Shown here: piece after piece, positions 9,473-18,937 of the stretch
How the letters are laid out: the number at the start of each line of letters is the position of its first letter
How positions within the stretch are numbered: the first letter of the stretch is position 1
DNA from: Chloroflexota bacterium
GTDB taxonomy: Bacteria > Chloroflexota > Limnocylindria > QHBO01
NCBI GenBank assembly: GCA_005879815.1
Contig: VBKA01000020.1
Coordinates: 223 to 64,222, forward strand
Direction: 5' to 3'
Length of the DNA: 64,000 nt
Notes under the pieces: generated by a model
Seen by the model: only the letters and a program-made list of their open reading frames with translations
What the model was told of the DNA's origin: nothing
Database searches by the model: none
Made by a program: the position numbers and the translations under genes

Positions 9473-11347
9473 ATGACACCCTCCGGCGGATCCGCAGCCG
9501 ACGGCGCGGAATACGACGTCCGCGAGCACTACACGAAGTACGAGTACCGCGTCCCGATGCGCGACGGCGTGCGGCTCTTCACCTCAGTGCTCGTGCCCAA
9601 GGACACCTCGACGACCTACCCGATCCTGCTCACGCGGACGCCATTCGGCGTCAGCCCCTACGGCGTCGACGAGCAGGGCGCCTTGAGCCTCCAGTCCGAG
9701 GCGCTGCTGCGGGCCGGCTACGTCTTCGTGCGGCAGGACGTCCGCGGCCGGCTGATGTCGGAGGGCACGTTCACGCATGTGACCCCGCATCGGCCGGAGA
9801 AGCGAACGCCAACCGACGTCGATGAGCAATCCGACACCTGGGACACGGTCGAGTGGCTCCTGCGACATGTGCCCAACCACAACGGCCGCGTTGGCCTCTT
9901 CGGCATCTCGTACGGGGGGTTCTTCACGGCGGCGGGAATCATCGACACCCATCCGGCCATTCGGGCGGCTTCGCCGCAGGCGCCTGTCGCCGACCTGTTC
10001 CTGGATGACGACTGGTATCACGGCGGCGCGTTCATGCTCGCGCATGCCTTCAATTCGGTATCGGTCTACCAACCGCAGGCGGAACCCACGCCGCCTGCCA
10101 AGGTCACCGTCCCCTTCGATTACGGCACCCAGGACGGCTACGAGTTCTTCCTCCGCGCCGGCCCGATAGCCAACCTGGCGGCCAAGCTCGGAACCGAAAA
10201 TCCCACCTGGGAGGAGCTCCTCGCCCACCCGACGTACGACGAGTTCTGGCAGTCGCGCGCGATCTGGCGGCACCTGAAGGACATCCATTGCTCGGTCCTT
10301 ACCGTCGGCGGCTGGTTCGATGCGGAGGACCTGATGGGACCGTTCCGCGTCTACCGTGCGATCAAGAGCGAGAACGCCGATCTCGCCAACAGCATCGTCG
10401 TGGGACCGTGGGTGCACGGCGGCTGGGCGTACAGCGACGGCCGGCACCTGGGGAGCGTCGATTTCGCGTCGGACACTGCGGCCTTCTACCGCGAGCAGAT
10501 CTTGCTGCCGTTCTTCGAATTCCATCTCAAGGACGGGAGTGACCCGAAGCTGCCTGAGGCATACGTCTTCGAAACCGGCACGAACACCTGGCGGCAATAT
10601 TCAGTGTGGCCGCCCCCCGAGGCGAAGCCGCGGATCCTCTATTTCCGAGAAGCTGGCGGGCTCTCGTTCGAGCCGCCGGACGACGCAGACGCGAGCGATT
10701 CCTACGTGAGCGATCCGGCGAAACCGGTGCCATGGGTTGGCTACACGGCACAGACCATGCCCGAGGAATACATGGTCTCCGACCAGCGGTTCGCCGCGAC
10801 GCGGCCGGACGTGATCGTCTATGTGACCGAGCCGCTCGAGGAGGACCTCACGCTGGCCGGGCCGGTGTCGTCCAAGCTCTTCGTGGCGACAACCGGAACC
10901 GATTCCGACTGGATCGTGAAGCTGATCGACGTCTACCCACCAACCCGCAGCACGCCTGCGGCCAAGGGACGAGCCGAGGGCGATCGGGACGTGGGCCCGC
11001 CGACTGTGACGCTCGCTGGGTATCAGCAGCTCGTGCGCGGCGAACCATTCCGCGGCAAGTTCCGGCGGGGCTTCGAGCAGCCCGAGCCGTTCGTCCCGGG
11101 GGCCGCTGAGAACGTCACCTTCACGATGCCGGACGTCAACCACGTGTTTCGTCGCGGCCATCGGGTCATGGTGCAGGTGCAGAGCACCTGGTTCCCGCTG
11201 GTGGATCGAAATCCCCAAACCTTCGTGAACATCCCAACCGCGACGCCCGAGGATTATCGGGCTGCGACGCAGCGCATCATGCGGTGCCGGACGCAACCTT
11301 CGGGGGTTGAAGTTTCGGTGCTGCCTGCGCTGCGGGAGGAAACCTGA
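9473..11347 (+). CDS. CocE/NonD family hydrolase (S15 X-Pro dipeptidyl-peptidase-like alpha/beta hydrolase)
   Basis: GISYGG nucleophile motif, ~620 aa with a C-terminal beta-sandwich. Strong similarity pattern to CocE/NonD and glutaryl-7-ACA acylase-like proteins. Confidence 0.8.
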   Translation: MTPSGGSAADGAEYDVREHYTKYEYRVPMRDGVRLFTSVLVPKDTSTTYPILLTRTPFGVSPYGVDEQGALSLQSEALLRAGYVFVRQDVRGRLMSEGTFTHVTPHRPEKRTPTDVDEQSDTWDTVEWLLRHVPNHNGRVGLFGISYGGFFTAAGIIDTHPAIRAASPQAPVADLFLDDDWYHGGAFMLAHAFNSVSVYQPQAEPTPPAKVTVPFDYGTQDGYEFFLRAGPIANLAAKLGTENPTWEELLAHPTYDEFWQSRAIWRHLKDIHCSVLTVGGWFDAEDLMGPFRVYRAIKSENADLANSIVVGPWVHGGWAYSDGRHLGSVDFASDTAAFYREQILLPFFEFHLKDGSDPKLPEAYVFETGTNTWRQYSVWPPPEAKPRILYFREAGGLSFEPPDDADASDSYVSDPAKPVPWVGYTAQTMPEEYMVSDQRFAATRPDVIVYVTEPLEEDLTLAGPVSSKLFVATTGTDSDWIVKLIDVYPPTRSTPAAKGRAEGDRDVGPPTVTLAGYQQLVRGEPFRGKFRRGFEQPEPFVPGAAENVTFTMPDVNHVFRRGHRVMVQVQSTWFPLVDRNPQTFVNIPTATPEDYRAATQRIMRCRTQPSGVEVSVLPALREET

Positions 11348-11378
11348 CCGACGAGGCGACCGATACCGATCCTCCGGG

Positions 11379-11866
11379 TCAGTCATGCTTCCAGGTCGCT
11401 CGCCGGCCGGGTGGTGCAACCCCAGTCGGGCTGTAGGACAAGCCGATCGAAGTCCTCGGTTCTCTGCAACCCCGGGATGTGCCGGCCGTCCGGAAGAGCC
11501 GCTCGAGACCGGCGGGGCGCAACGATCTCAATGATGCGAGTTGGAGCGCTGGTCGGGTTCCAGAACTCGTGCTTGAGCCCGCGAGGCTTGAACAGATACT
11601 CACCGACCTCGACGTTCAGCTCCTCGCCGTCGATCTCCGCGCTCAGGGTCCCTCGAGGACATATGTGATCTCGTCCTCGTTCGTGTGCGTATGGGGCACC
11701 ACGCGTGTGGGTATGGGGCACCGCGAACCCACAGGTTGGATGGGGTGCTCGAGGATGGAGACCGCCTCGCCGGCCCGGTTACCCTCGATCTTGAACTGGA
11801 CCCCACCCCGCCCATGGGCAGCAGAACTTTATCGCCGTCTACCTGACCGATCACGAAGCGCGACAT
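11379..11866 (-). pseudogene. Cupin-2 domain gene disrupted by frame changes; contains a 22-bp tandem repeat at 11682-11722
   Basis: The N-terminus MSRFVIGQVDGDKVLLPMGG, cupin motif 1 (VPHTHTNEDEITYVLEG) and motif 2 (GEYLFKPRGLKHEFWN) lie in three different frames. The frame changes sit at G/C homopolymer runs (~11815, ~11650, ~11560). Confidence 0.5.
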
Positions 11867-11910
11867 GTCACCGTCAGGGTGTCGGCTGCTTCACACCCCT
11901 GCGGATGGGC

Positions 11911-12192
11911 TCAGTGGTGCAGCGAGATTTGGTAGCAGGCCACGTCGTACTGCGAGACGGCCGTGTCGCTGCTCGCGTTCAGTGAGGGATCACCGTTGCC
12001 CGCGTAATGCAGGTCCGCATTCGCGAAGCCACCGCTGCTGAAGCCGTTGGGCTGCAGCGTGGAGTCTTCGCATGACGCGTTGGGCTGGCCGCTGCCACTG
12101 GGGTTGCCGGCCACAGCCGCGCCGGCCATGCCCACCATCAGGCCCATGGCCAGGCACACAGCGAACAGTAGAGAACGTAATCGGGGATTCAT
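11911..12192 (-). CDS. Small secreted protein (93 aa) with signal peptide
   Basis: MNPRLRSLLFAVCLAMGLMVGMAGAAVAG signal peptide. GGAGGAA Shine-Dalgarno 6 nt upstream of the ATG at 12190-12192. Gly/Ser/Asn-rich mature part. Confidence 0.55.
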   Translation of the reverse strand: MNPRLRSLLFAVCLAMGLMVGMAGAAVAGNPSGSGQPNASCEDSTLQPNGFSSGGFANADLHYAGNGDPSLNASSDTAVSQYDVACYQISLHH

Positions 12193-12441
12193 CGAGCCCG
12201 TTCCTCCAACATGGCTTTGGATGCTCGGGCAGTCAAGGATTGCTACGACCCCGGTTACAGCCATGGAGCTCGGGGGGCCTTGCCGGACAGATGCGGCCAG
12301 CAACGGTGGGCGAGTCACGACGAGTCGCCCGACCCCCTCGCCCCCGTCTCGATGGAATGAATGACTCCAAAATGCCCATCGGCACCCGGATTGCGAGTGT
12401 GAACCGCTGACGATTCGAGTCGCAGTTTGCAGGGAGTGGGT

Positions 12442-12618
12442 ATGAGATCCGGCTTTTCGTCGATCGTTGGCCTCGTTTGGATCGTCGTTGGCCTGATCGT
12501 GGCGTCAGGTCATGGGTACTTCGCGCACCTCGCCGCGGTGATGCCGATTCTGTCGGCGATCCTCGCGGTGCTGCTGTGGCCCCTCATCCTCCTGGGCGTC
12601 AACCTTCACATCCGTTAA
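12442..12618 (+). CDS. Small membrane protein (two TM helices, ~58 aa)
   Basis: MRSGFSSIVGLVWIVVGLIVASGHGYFAHLAAVMPILSAILAVLLWPLILLGV, preceded by a GGGAGTGGG Shine-Dalgarno. Divergent from the small secreted protein. Confidence 0.4.
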   Translation: MRSGFSSIVGLVWIVVGLIVASGHGYFAHLAAVMPILSAILAVLLWPLILLGVNLHIR

Positions 12619-12848
12619 GTCCGCCGGGTCGCGATAGACTGTCCGCGCCCGTGGCGCGGGTAATCCTGCATTTGGCGCGCCGGCCGCTTCCCTCGGAGCA
12701 TTTGAAAGGGCTCCGCGGCTGGCGCCGCTTGACGGATGGAGTACGGAGCATGCCGGCTAGGCGGAGGCGCGGTGTCTCGGCGCATCATGCTGCGGACGTG
12801 AATCGGACCCGAGCGCCCCTCGGCTTATGACGGAGGAGGTCCGGCACC

Positions 12849-13265
12849 TTGGACTACAAGCTTGGTCTGCTGGAGCGCGTGCCACTCTTCGGCGGCCTGC
12901 CGCAGGAGGAGCTAGAGCAAATCGCCCGAATCGTCGACGAAAAGGACGTGCCCGCGGGCACCGTGCTTACGCACGAGGGTCGTCATGAAGGCTACTTCTA
13001 CATCATCGTTTCTGGGAGCGTTGCTATTGAACGGGGCGGGGCGACTATCAACACGATCGGCGACGGGGATTTCCTCGGGGAGATTGCCCTCCTCGACGGC
13101 GGTCCGCGAACCGCCACGGCGACCACTCAGTCTGCATCCCGTCTGCTCGCGGTGACGCACCAGCGATTCCATCAGCTCCTCGATACGTCGCCAAGAATCC
13201 GTCGCGCGGTGCTGGAGGAGGTCGCTCAGCGTCTTCGCCGCCTCGATTCGGAGGCGGTCACCTGA
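12849..13265 (+). CDS. Cyclic nucleotide-binding (cNMP) domain protein, stand-alone
   Basis: FGGLPQEELEQIA...GDFLGEIALLDGGPRTATA is the CAP-family cNMP-binding beta-roll signature. TTG start with GGAGGAGG 9 nt upstream. Confidence 0.7.
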   Translation: MDYKLGLLERVPLFGGLPQEELEQIARIVDEKDVPAGTVLTHEGRHEGYFYIIVSGSVAIERGGATINTIGDGDFLGEIALLDGGPRTATATTQSASRLLAVTHQRFHQLLDTSPRIRRAVLEEVAQRLRRLDSEAVT

Positions 13266-13433
13266 GACGTCTTGTTAACACGGACATCTGCAACGATAAC
13301 CGTCGCCGTGTGGACATAGTGGCTGTCGGTGGGGCCGCCGACGGCAAACTCACGCGCGAGGTCTTCGTGGCCCGACCTGGTGATGGCAGCTGCCAGCGGT
13401 GCGAGTAACCGATCGGGCTCGACGGCATCCCTT

Positions 13434-14369
13434 TCAGAGCTCGTCGTACCGCACAGCTCTCAGCCGCTGCAGGTCGTACCTCCATTGATGACGGACTCCG
13501 CGCGACTCCATGAGCCGGCCGACGCGCCTTTCGAGCATTTGCTGAAAGGGCGGATCCGGCGCGTATAGAAGGCGTAGGACGGCGGTCTGGAAGAATCCGC
13601 TCTGCCAACCCTGCGCGTCGAGCTCGGCGAGGCGAGCCGACCATTGGTCGGGGTAAGGGGCCACTCTGCCCTCGAGCCCGAAGAGTGCGCGGACGAGATG
13701 GAGACCCGATTCAGCGGCGTGCGCTCGAGCGCCAAGGTCGTCGCCCCTGCTCCACGACTTGAGCGAGTGAACAAATCCGTTCAAATAGCTGTCGTACTCC
13801 TCTCCGACGAGCTCGCGCGCGAGCTTGTTGGTGCGGGCAGCAATGGCCGCAACGAGAGGCACGATCTCGCCGGTCTTATCCAGCAAGACGGACGAGGAGG
13901 CGAAAGTCGCGCTCGGGGTTGCACCATCGTGCGACAGCTGCCTCAGGGCCTCAACGTTCTCGTAGGTGATCTCTATCGCCGGGGAATCGCCAAGCAGTCT
14001 GTGCTCAACCAGCGTGACTCGATCGCTTCGGCGTCGGTAAGCATCGTCTTCCACAATCCAGAGGAGGTCGTAGTCCGAATCGAGCCGGGCGTTGCCGACC
14101 GCCCTCGAACCGTTGAGCATTAAGCCAACGGACTCCGCATCGCGCAGGACCTCGCCTATCAGCTCAGCCAGAACAGGGTTCCCGGCGTCAGCGCCCGGGG
14201 AGGACGGAGAGGGTGTGAAGCGCGGCAATCCGTGCTGCGGAGGGATCTGATCGCTTGCCCGAGATCGCGGTTCTGACTCTGGGCCGATTATCTCGGGCGA
14301 CCCGTAAGCGTCGGGACTGTTTACCGTGCGATCGAGAGACGGTGGTGGGCACTTCAGCATGCGGGGCAC
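13434..14369 (-). CDS. Nucleotidyltransferase, ANT(6)/AadK-like (aminoglycoside 6-adenylyltransferase family)
   Basis: LNGSRAVGNARLDSDYDLLWIVEDD matches the ANT(6) NTase motif (LxGSRxN...DxxQDYDI). The start is uncertain: GTG 14369, ATG 14360 or ATG 14120. The N-terminal 60-80 aa are Pro/Ser-rich and low-complexity, and GC3 is lower than in neighbouring genes. Confidence 0.5.
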   Translation of the reverse strand: MPRMLKCPPPSLDRTVNSPDAYGSPEIIGPESEPRSRASDQIPPQHGLPRFTPSPSSPGADAGNPVLAELIGEVLRDAESVGLMLNGSRAVGNARLDSDYDLLWIVEDDAYRRRSDRVTLVEHRLLGDSPAIEITYENVEALRQLSHDGATPSATFASSSVLLDKTGEIVPLVAAIAARTNKLARELVGEEYDSYLNGFVHSLKSWSRGDDLGARAHAAESGLHLVRALFGLEGRVAPYPDQWSARLAELDAQGWQSGFFQTAVLRLLYAPDPPFQQMLERRVGRLMESRGVRHQWRYDLQRLRAVRYDEL

Positions 14370-14549
14370 CTAACGGTTCGCCGAATCGTGCAAATCCAGC
14401 ATGGCGCTTGGTGCCCCGCGACGCAAGCTAAAGGATGATGGGGCCTTCGCTACGGGCTCGCGAGGGATCAGGCGCTGCCATCAGATGCGTATCTATACTG
14501 TCTCGCCGGATCGAGGGTGTGCGCCGGCATCAGCCGTCACGGAGAGTGC

Positions 14550-15731
14550 ATGAGCGAGGGCTCGGGCATCGGCGCCGCGGTGATCGGCACCGGGTTCATC
14601 GGCACCGTCCACGTTGAGCAGCTGCGCCGGATCGGCGTCCAGGTTCGCGGCGTGCTCGGGAGCACGCCGGAACGCGGCCAGGCGCGTGCCGCTGAGTTGG
14701 GTGTGCCCCGCGCCTACGCGTCCCTCGAGGCGCTCCTGGCCGACGATTCGGTGGACGTCGTCCACGTCACATCGCCGAACCATCTCCACCTTCCGCACGC
14801 GCAGGCCGTGCTGGCCGCCGGTCGACACGTCGTTTGTGAGAAGCCGCTGGGCCTGACGGCCGCTGAATCAGGCGAGCTCGTGGCCCAGGCGGCGGCCACC
14901 GGCCTCATGAACGCGGTCAACTTCAACATCCGCTTCTACCCCCTGAACCAGCATGCCCGCGAGCTCGTGGCTTCGGATGCGCTGGGCGCAGTTCGCTTCG
15001 TGACGGGCCACTACTTCCAGGACTGGCTGCTGCTCGACACGGACTGGAACTGGCGGCTCGAGCCCGAGAAGGGGGGCTCGCTGCGGGCGGTTGGCGACAT
15101 CGGCTCGCACTGGCTGGACCTCATGACATTTGCCACGGGCCAGCGGATCACCGCGGTGATGGCCGACATGGCCACCTTCATCCCGGTCCGCCAGGAGCCT
15201 CGTGGGCCGATCGAGACATTCGCGACCGAGCGCTCCTCCGACACCCAGGCCCGGCCGATTGCGACGGAGGACGTCGCGTCGGTCCTCCTCCGGTTCGAGA
15301 ATGGGGCCCGCGGCGCCCTGTGTGTGTCGCAGATCAGCGCCGGCCGCAAGAACTCGCTCCAGTGGGAGATCGATGGGTCCGCGGGCGCCGCCGCCTGGGA
15401 CTCGGAGGCACCCGACCACCTGTGGCTCGGCCATCGCGATCGTCCGAACGAGATCCTGCAGCGTAATCCGGCCCTCATGGGACCGGCTGGCCGGGCCGCC
15501 GCCGCGCTTCCCGCGGGTCACGTCGAGGGTTTCGCCGATACCTTCGCAGCGCTCTTTCGGGCGATCTATGCAGACGTCGCGGCCGGCCGGCCCGCCGAGC
15601 GGCCGGCCTATGCCACGTTCGCCGACGGACACGACGAGATGCTCGTCGGCGACGCGATTGCGCAGAGCGCCCGGGCCGGAGGCTGGGTGGAGGTCCAGAG
15701 CACGACCCCTGTGGCCGCAGCGATCGGATGA
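14550..15731 (+). CDS. Gfo/Idh/MocA family sugar dehydrogenase
   Basis: MSEGSGIGAAVIGTGFIGTVH Rossmann N-terminus and a C-terminal Gfo/Idh/MocA domain. GGAGAG Shine-Dalgarno before the ATG at 14550. Confidence 0.75.
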   Translation: MSEGSGIGAAVIGTGFIGTVHVEQLRRIGVQVRGVLGSTPERGQARAAELGVPRAYASLEALLADDSVDVVHVTSPNHLHLPHAQAVLAAGRHVVCEKPLGLTAAESGELVAQAAATGLMNAVNFNIRFYPLNQHARELVASDALGAVRFVTGHYFQDWLLLDTDWNWRLEPEKGGSLRAVGDIGSHWLDLMTFATGQRITAVMADMATFIPVRQEPRGPIETFATERSSDTQARPIATEDVASVLLRFENGARGALCVSQISAGRKNSLQWEIDGSAGAAAWDSEAPDHLWLGHRDRPNEILQRNPALMGPAGRAAAALPAGHVEGFADTFAALFRAIYADVAAGRPAERPAYATFADGHDEMLVGDAIAQSARAGGWVEVQSTTPVAAAIG

Positions 15732-15753
15732 GGCGACCTGAGGGACGTCCTCG

Positions 15754-16668
15754 ATGAAGCTCGGCTTCCTGACTGCACCGTTCCCGGAGAGGCCGCTCAT
15801 GGCCGTCGCGGACTGGGCGTCGGGCGCCGGGTTCGAGGTCCTGGAAATTGCATGCTGGCCCCGGGCCACAGGCCCGACGCGACGCTATGCCGGCACGTCA
15901 CACATCGACGTCGCCAACCTGTCCAGCGGCCAGGCACGGGAGATCGTCGACGAGATCGCCTCGAAGGGTCTCGCGATCTCCGGGCTCGGCTTCTACCCAA
16001 ACCCGCTTCACCCGGATCCGGAGCATCGCGAGCAGGTCATCGGCCACCTCAAGCACGTCATCACCGCTGCCGAGAAGATGGAGATCCCGCTCGTCAACAC
16101 GTTCATTGGCGGCGACCGGTCGAAGAATCAGGACGACAACTGGGCGGAGGCGCTCCGCGTGTGGCCGGACATCATCTCCTTCGCGAAGGACCACGGCCGA
16201 AGGATCACGTTCGAGAACTGTCCCATGCTCTTTTCCTATGACGAGTGGCCGGGCGGCAACAACATCGCGACTACGCCGCGGATGTGGCGCCGCATCCTCG
16301 AGGAGTGGGGCGATACGGTCGGACTCAACTTCGACCCCTCACATCTCGTCCTGCAGATGATCGACACCCGGCGCTTCCTTAAGGAGTTTGGGCCGCACAT
16401 CCTGCACTTCCAGGCGAAAGACCTGATGGTCGATCGCGACGGACTCTACGAGAACGGAATTTTCTCGATGGGCATGGGCTGGCAGATTCCCCGCATTCCG
16501 GGACTTGGGGATGCGAAGTGGAGCGCGATCTTCTCCGAGTTGTATCGGGCTGGCTACGCGGGGGACTGCATCATCGAGCACGAAGACCGCGCCTTTGAAG
16601 GATCCGACGAGCTCGTCAAGCGCGGTTTCCTCATTGCCCGCGACGTCCTAAGACCGTACTGCCGATGA
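15754..16668 (+). CDS. Sugar phosphate isomerase/epimerase (xylose-isomerase-like TIM barrel) family protein
   Basis: AP-endonuclease-2/xylose isomerase-like TIM barrel pattern (FGPHILHFQAKD, IEHED). Translationally coupled to the downstream deoC. Confidence 0.7.
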   Translation: MKLGFLTAPFPERPLMAVADWASGAGFEVLEIACWPRATGPTRRYAGTSHIDVANLSSGQAREIVDEIASKGLAISGLGFYPNPLHPDPEHREQVIGHLKHVITAAEKMEIPLVNTFIGGDRSKNQDDNWAEALRVWPDIISFAKDHGRRITFENCPMLFSYDEWPGGNNIATTPRMWRRILEEWGDTVGLNFDPSHLVLQMIDTRRFLKEFGPHILHFQAKDLMVDRDGLYENGIFSMGMGWQIPRIPGLGDAKWSAIFSELYRAGYAGDCIIEHEDRAFEGSDELVKRGFLIARDVLRPYCR

Positions 16669-17414
16669 ACCCTTCCCTCTTGTCCATCGAGACGCTGAGC
16701 GAGCGAACGATCGCGAAGACCATCGATCATTCCCTGCTGCGACCGGAGCTCGACGATTCGTTCGTCGAGGATGGTTGCAGGCTTGCGGCCGCGTACGACG
16801 TCGCCTCGGTCTGCGTTCGTCCCGTGGATGTCCGACGAGCGGCCGCATTGCTGGCCGGCACCCATGTTGCCGTCGGCACGACGGTTGGCTTCCCACACGG
16901 CAACCACCTGACGGCTACCAAGGTCGCCGAGGCGCGCGCGGCAATCGACGAGGGTGCGTCCGAGCTCGACATGGTGCTCCAGATCGGTGCCCTGAAATCA
17001 GGCCGCGATTTCGACGTCCAGGCCGACATCGCGGCCGTTGTGGAGGTCGCGCACAACGCGGGCGCGATCGTCAAGGTGATCTTCGAGAACGCCTACCTGA
17101 CCAACGACGAGAAGGTGCGAGCCTGCCACCTGAGCGAAGCCGCCGGCACCGACTTCGTCAAGACGTCGACCGGCTTCGCTGCCTCAGGCGCGACCCACGA
17201 CGACCTTCGCCTGATGCGAGCCAATGTCTCACCCCGCGTCCAGGTGAAGGCGGCGGGCGGTGTGCGGACTCTCGATGACCTGCTTGCGGTCATGGCCCTG
17301 GGCGTCACCCGGATCGGAGCTACGCAGACCAAGGCGATCATCGACGAGTTCAGGGTGCGCAAGGCTGGCGATGGGCGGGTCGCAGCCGCCGCCTCGGACG
17401 TGGAGAGCTTCTGA
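16665..17414 (+). CDS. deoC: Deoxyribose-phosphate aldolase
   Basis: DeoC hallmarks: TIDHSLLRPE, catalytic-Lys context VKVIFENAYLT and FVKTSTGF. ~249 aa. Confidence 0.8.
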   Translation: MNPSLLSIETLSERTIAKTIDHSLLRPELDDSFVEDGCRLAAAYDVASVCVRPVDVRRAAALLAGTHVAVGTTVGFPHGNHLTATKVAEARAAIDEGASELDMVLQIGALKSGRDFDVQADIAAVVEVAHNAGAIVKVIFENAYLTNDEKVRACHLSEAAGTDFVKTSTGFAASGATHDDLRLMRANVSPRVQVKAAGGVRTLDDLLAVMALGVTRIGATQTKAIIDEFRVRKAGDGRVAAAASDVESF

Positions 17415-17741
17415 TGGCGGTCATCGCCTTTCCGTCGATCGGGCTGTATCGTCAGCACCAACAGCCTCCGCGTCGCCGAGCATTGCGTGGTCCGCGGCGG
17501 GATGCCATGCCGCATCTCCGGAGCATCGGACGTAGGCGCCGAACGCTCGCGGGATCTGTTTGACGACGCCTACCGAGAGGACGCGCAGCGGATGGACCGG
17601 GCCATCGCGGACAAACGCGGTGGCACCGCGGCATCAACGCAGGAGGTGTGACGCAACGACGCGATTGAACGGGCCTCAACTCGGGGAGTGGCAAGTTCCT
17701 CGGCGCGCGACCTCGACGCGCCCGAACAAGGAGGACAAGGA

Positions 17742-18863
17742 ATGAGCAAGCCATCAACGCGGGCTCGATCGCTCGCCATGCTGGCCGTCATCGCGATCGT
17801 GTCGGCCTGTTCGTCGCCGGCCGCCTCCGGCGGGGGAGGAAGCTCCTCTCAGGGCGCCAAGCAGTACACGATTGGATATTCGAATGGTGGAGGCGTCGGT
17901 AACGGCTTCCGTGAGGAGCAGGTCTGCACGGCCAAGGCGGAGGCAAAGGTCTCCGGCCAGGTTTCCAACCTCACCGTGATCCACCGCAACACCGACGCGG
18001 CTGGCCAGCTGGCCGACATCCGGAGCCTGATTGCGAAGGGCGTCAACGCAATCGTGTTTAACCCGAACGATCCGAACGCCCTCAACCCGGCTCTCGCGGA
18101 AGCGCACGCTGCCGGGATCAAGACCGTCTCCGTGGACGCGTATGTGACCGACCCGAGCACATGGAACCTGTACAACAACCAGGTGAAGTACGCCGAGCTC
18201 GGCGCCAAGTGGCTGTTCGACCAGTTGGGCGGCAAGGGGACTGTCTGGTACACGCGAGGTCTCGCCGGTCATCCAGCCGACTCCGACCGTGACAAGGGCT
18301 TCCAAAACATCCTGAAGCAGTACCCGAACATCAAGGTCGTTCCGAGCAAGCAGGGCGTGTTCACCGGATGGGATCCGGCGAAGGCGACTCAGATCACGAA
18401 CGACTTCATCAGCAGTGGCCAGTACGACCACATCGACGGCATCTGGGCGTCGGGCATGGGTAAGCAGATCGTCGACGCGATCAAGGCGGCCAACAAGCCC
18501 TTCAAGCCGATTGCTGACGCCGACATTGGTGGCTTCGTCTCGCAGCTGCTCGATCCCACGAAATTCCCGAGCCTCAAGGGCGCGGCGGTGACCAACACCG
18601 CCTCGGTTGGGGGTGCCGGCATCACGCTCGCGCTCAAGCTCCTCAACGGCGAGCAGGTCCAGGCCGACCCGAACGCCGGCAGGCCGAACACGGTTCTGTT
18701 GGATCCGGTATTGGTCGACAACCTGAGCGATGCAAGCAAGACTCAGCTAAAGGCTTGGATATCAGTGCCGGGGATGGATCCCCTCTGGCCGCTCAGCCTC
18801 TCGATCAAGGGCTGGACGACCTACGACGCCAACACCGTTCCTAGCACCTGCAAGGGCGCCTAG
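17742..18863 (+). CDS. Sugar ABC transporter substrate-binding lipoprotein (periplasmic-binding-protein type I, CUT2)
   Basis: Lipobox IVSAC after the ATG at 17742, with AAGGAGG upstream. Ribose/galactose-binding-protein-like fold. Confidence 0.75.
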   Translation: MSKPSTRARSLAMLAVIAIVSACSSPAASGGGGSSSQGAKQYTIGYSNGGGVGNGFREEQVCTAKAEAKVSGQVSNLTVIHRNTDAAGQLADIRSLIAKGVNAIVFNPNDPNALNPALAEAHAAGIKTVSVDAYVTDPSTWNLYNNQVKYAELGAKWLFDQLGGKGTVWYTRGLAGHPADSDRDKGFQNILKQYPNIKVVPSKQGVFTGWDPAKATQITNDFISSGQYDHIDGIWASGMGKQIVDAIKAANKPFKPIADADIGGFVSQLLDPTKFPSLKGAAVTNTASVGGAGITLALKLLNGEQVQADPNAGRPNTVLLDPVLVDNLSDASKTQLKAWISVPGMDPLWPLSLSIKGWTTYDANTVPSTCKGA

Positions 18864-18937
18864 CGAAGCACGCAAGCGCGGCTAGAGTGCTGGGGACGCC
18901 GGTTTTCGCCGGCGTCCCCAGCGTATCCGCCACAGGA

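Noticed and set aside
9584-10597. 337-aa minus-strand ORF inside the S15 hydrolase gene
   Set aside because: Antisense shadow. Low-complexity RR/GG-rich translation with no domain signal.
14868-15869. 333-aa minus-strand ORF opposite the Gfo/Idh/MocA and TIM-barrel genes
   Set aside because: Antisense to two genes with clear family signatures. Composition typical of non-coding frames in 70% GC DNA.
17415-17741. 325-bp spacer between deoC and the sugar-binding lipoprotein, examined for a riboswitch or small regulator gene
   Set aside because: No conserved riboswitch-like structure or coding ORF with sensible composition was recognisable. Treated as a promoter/5'-UTR region only.
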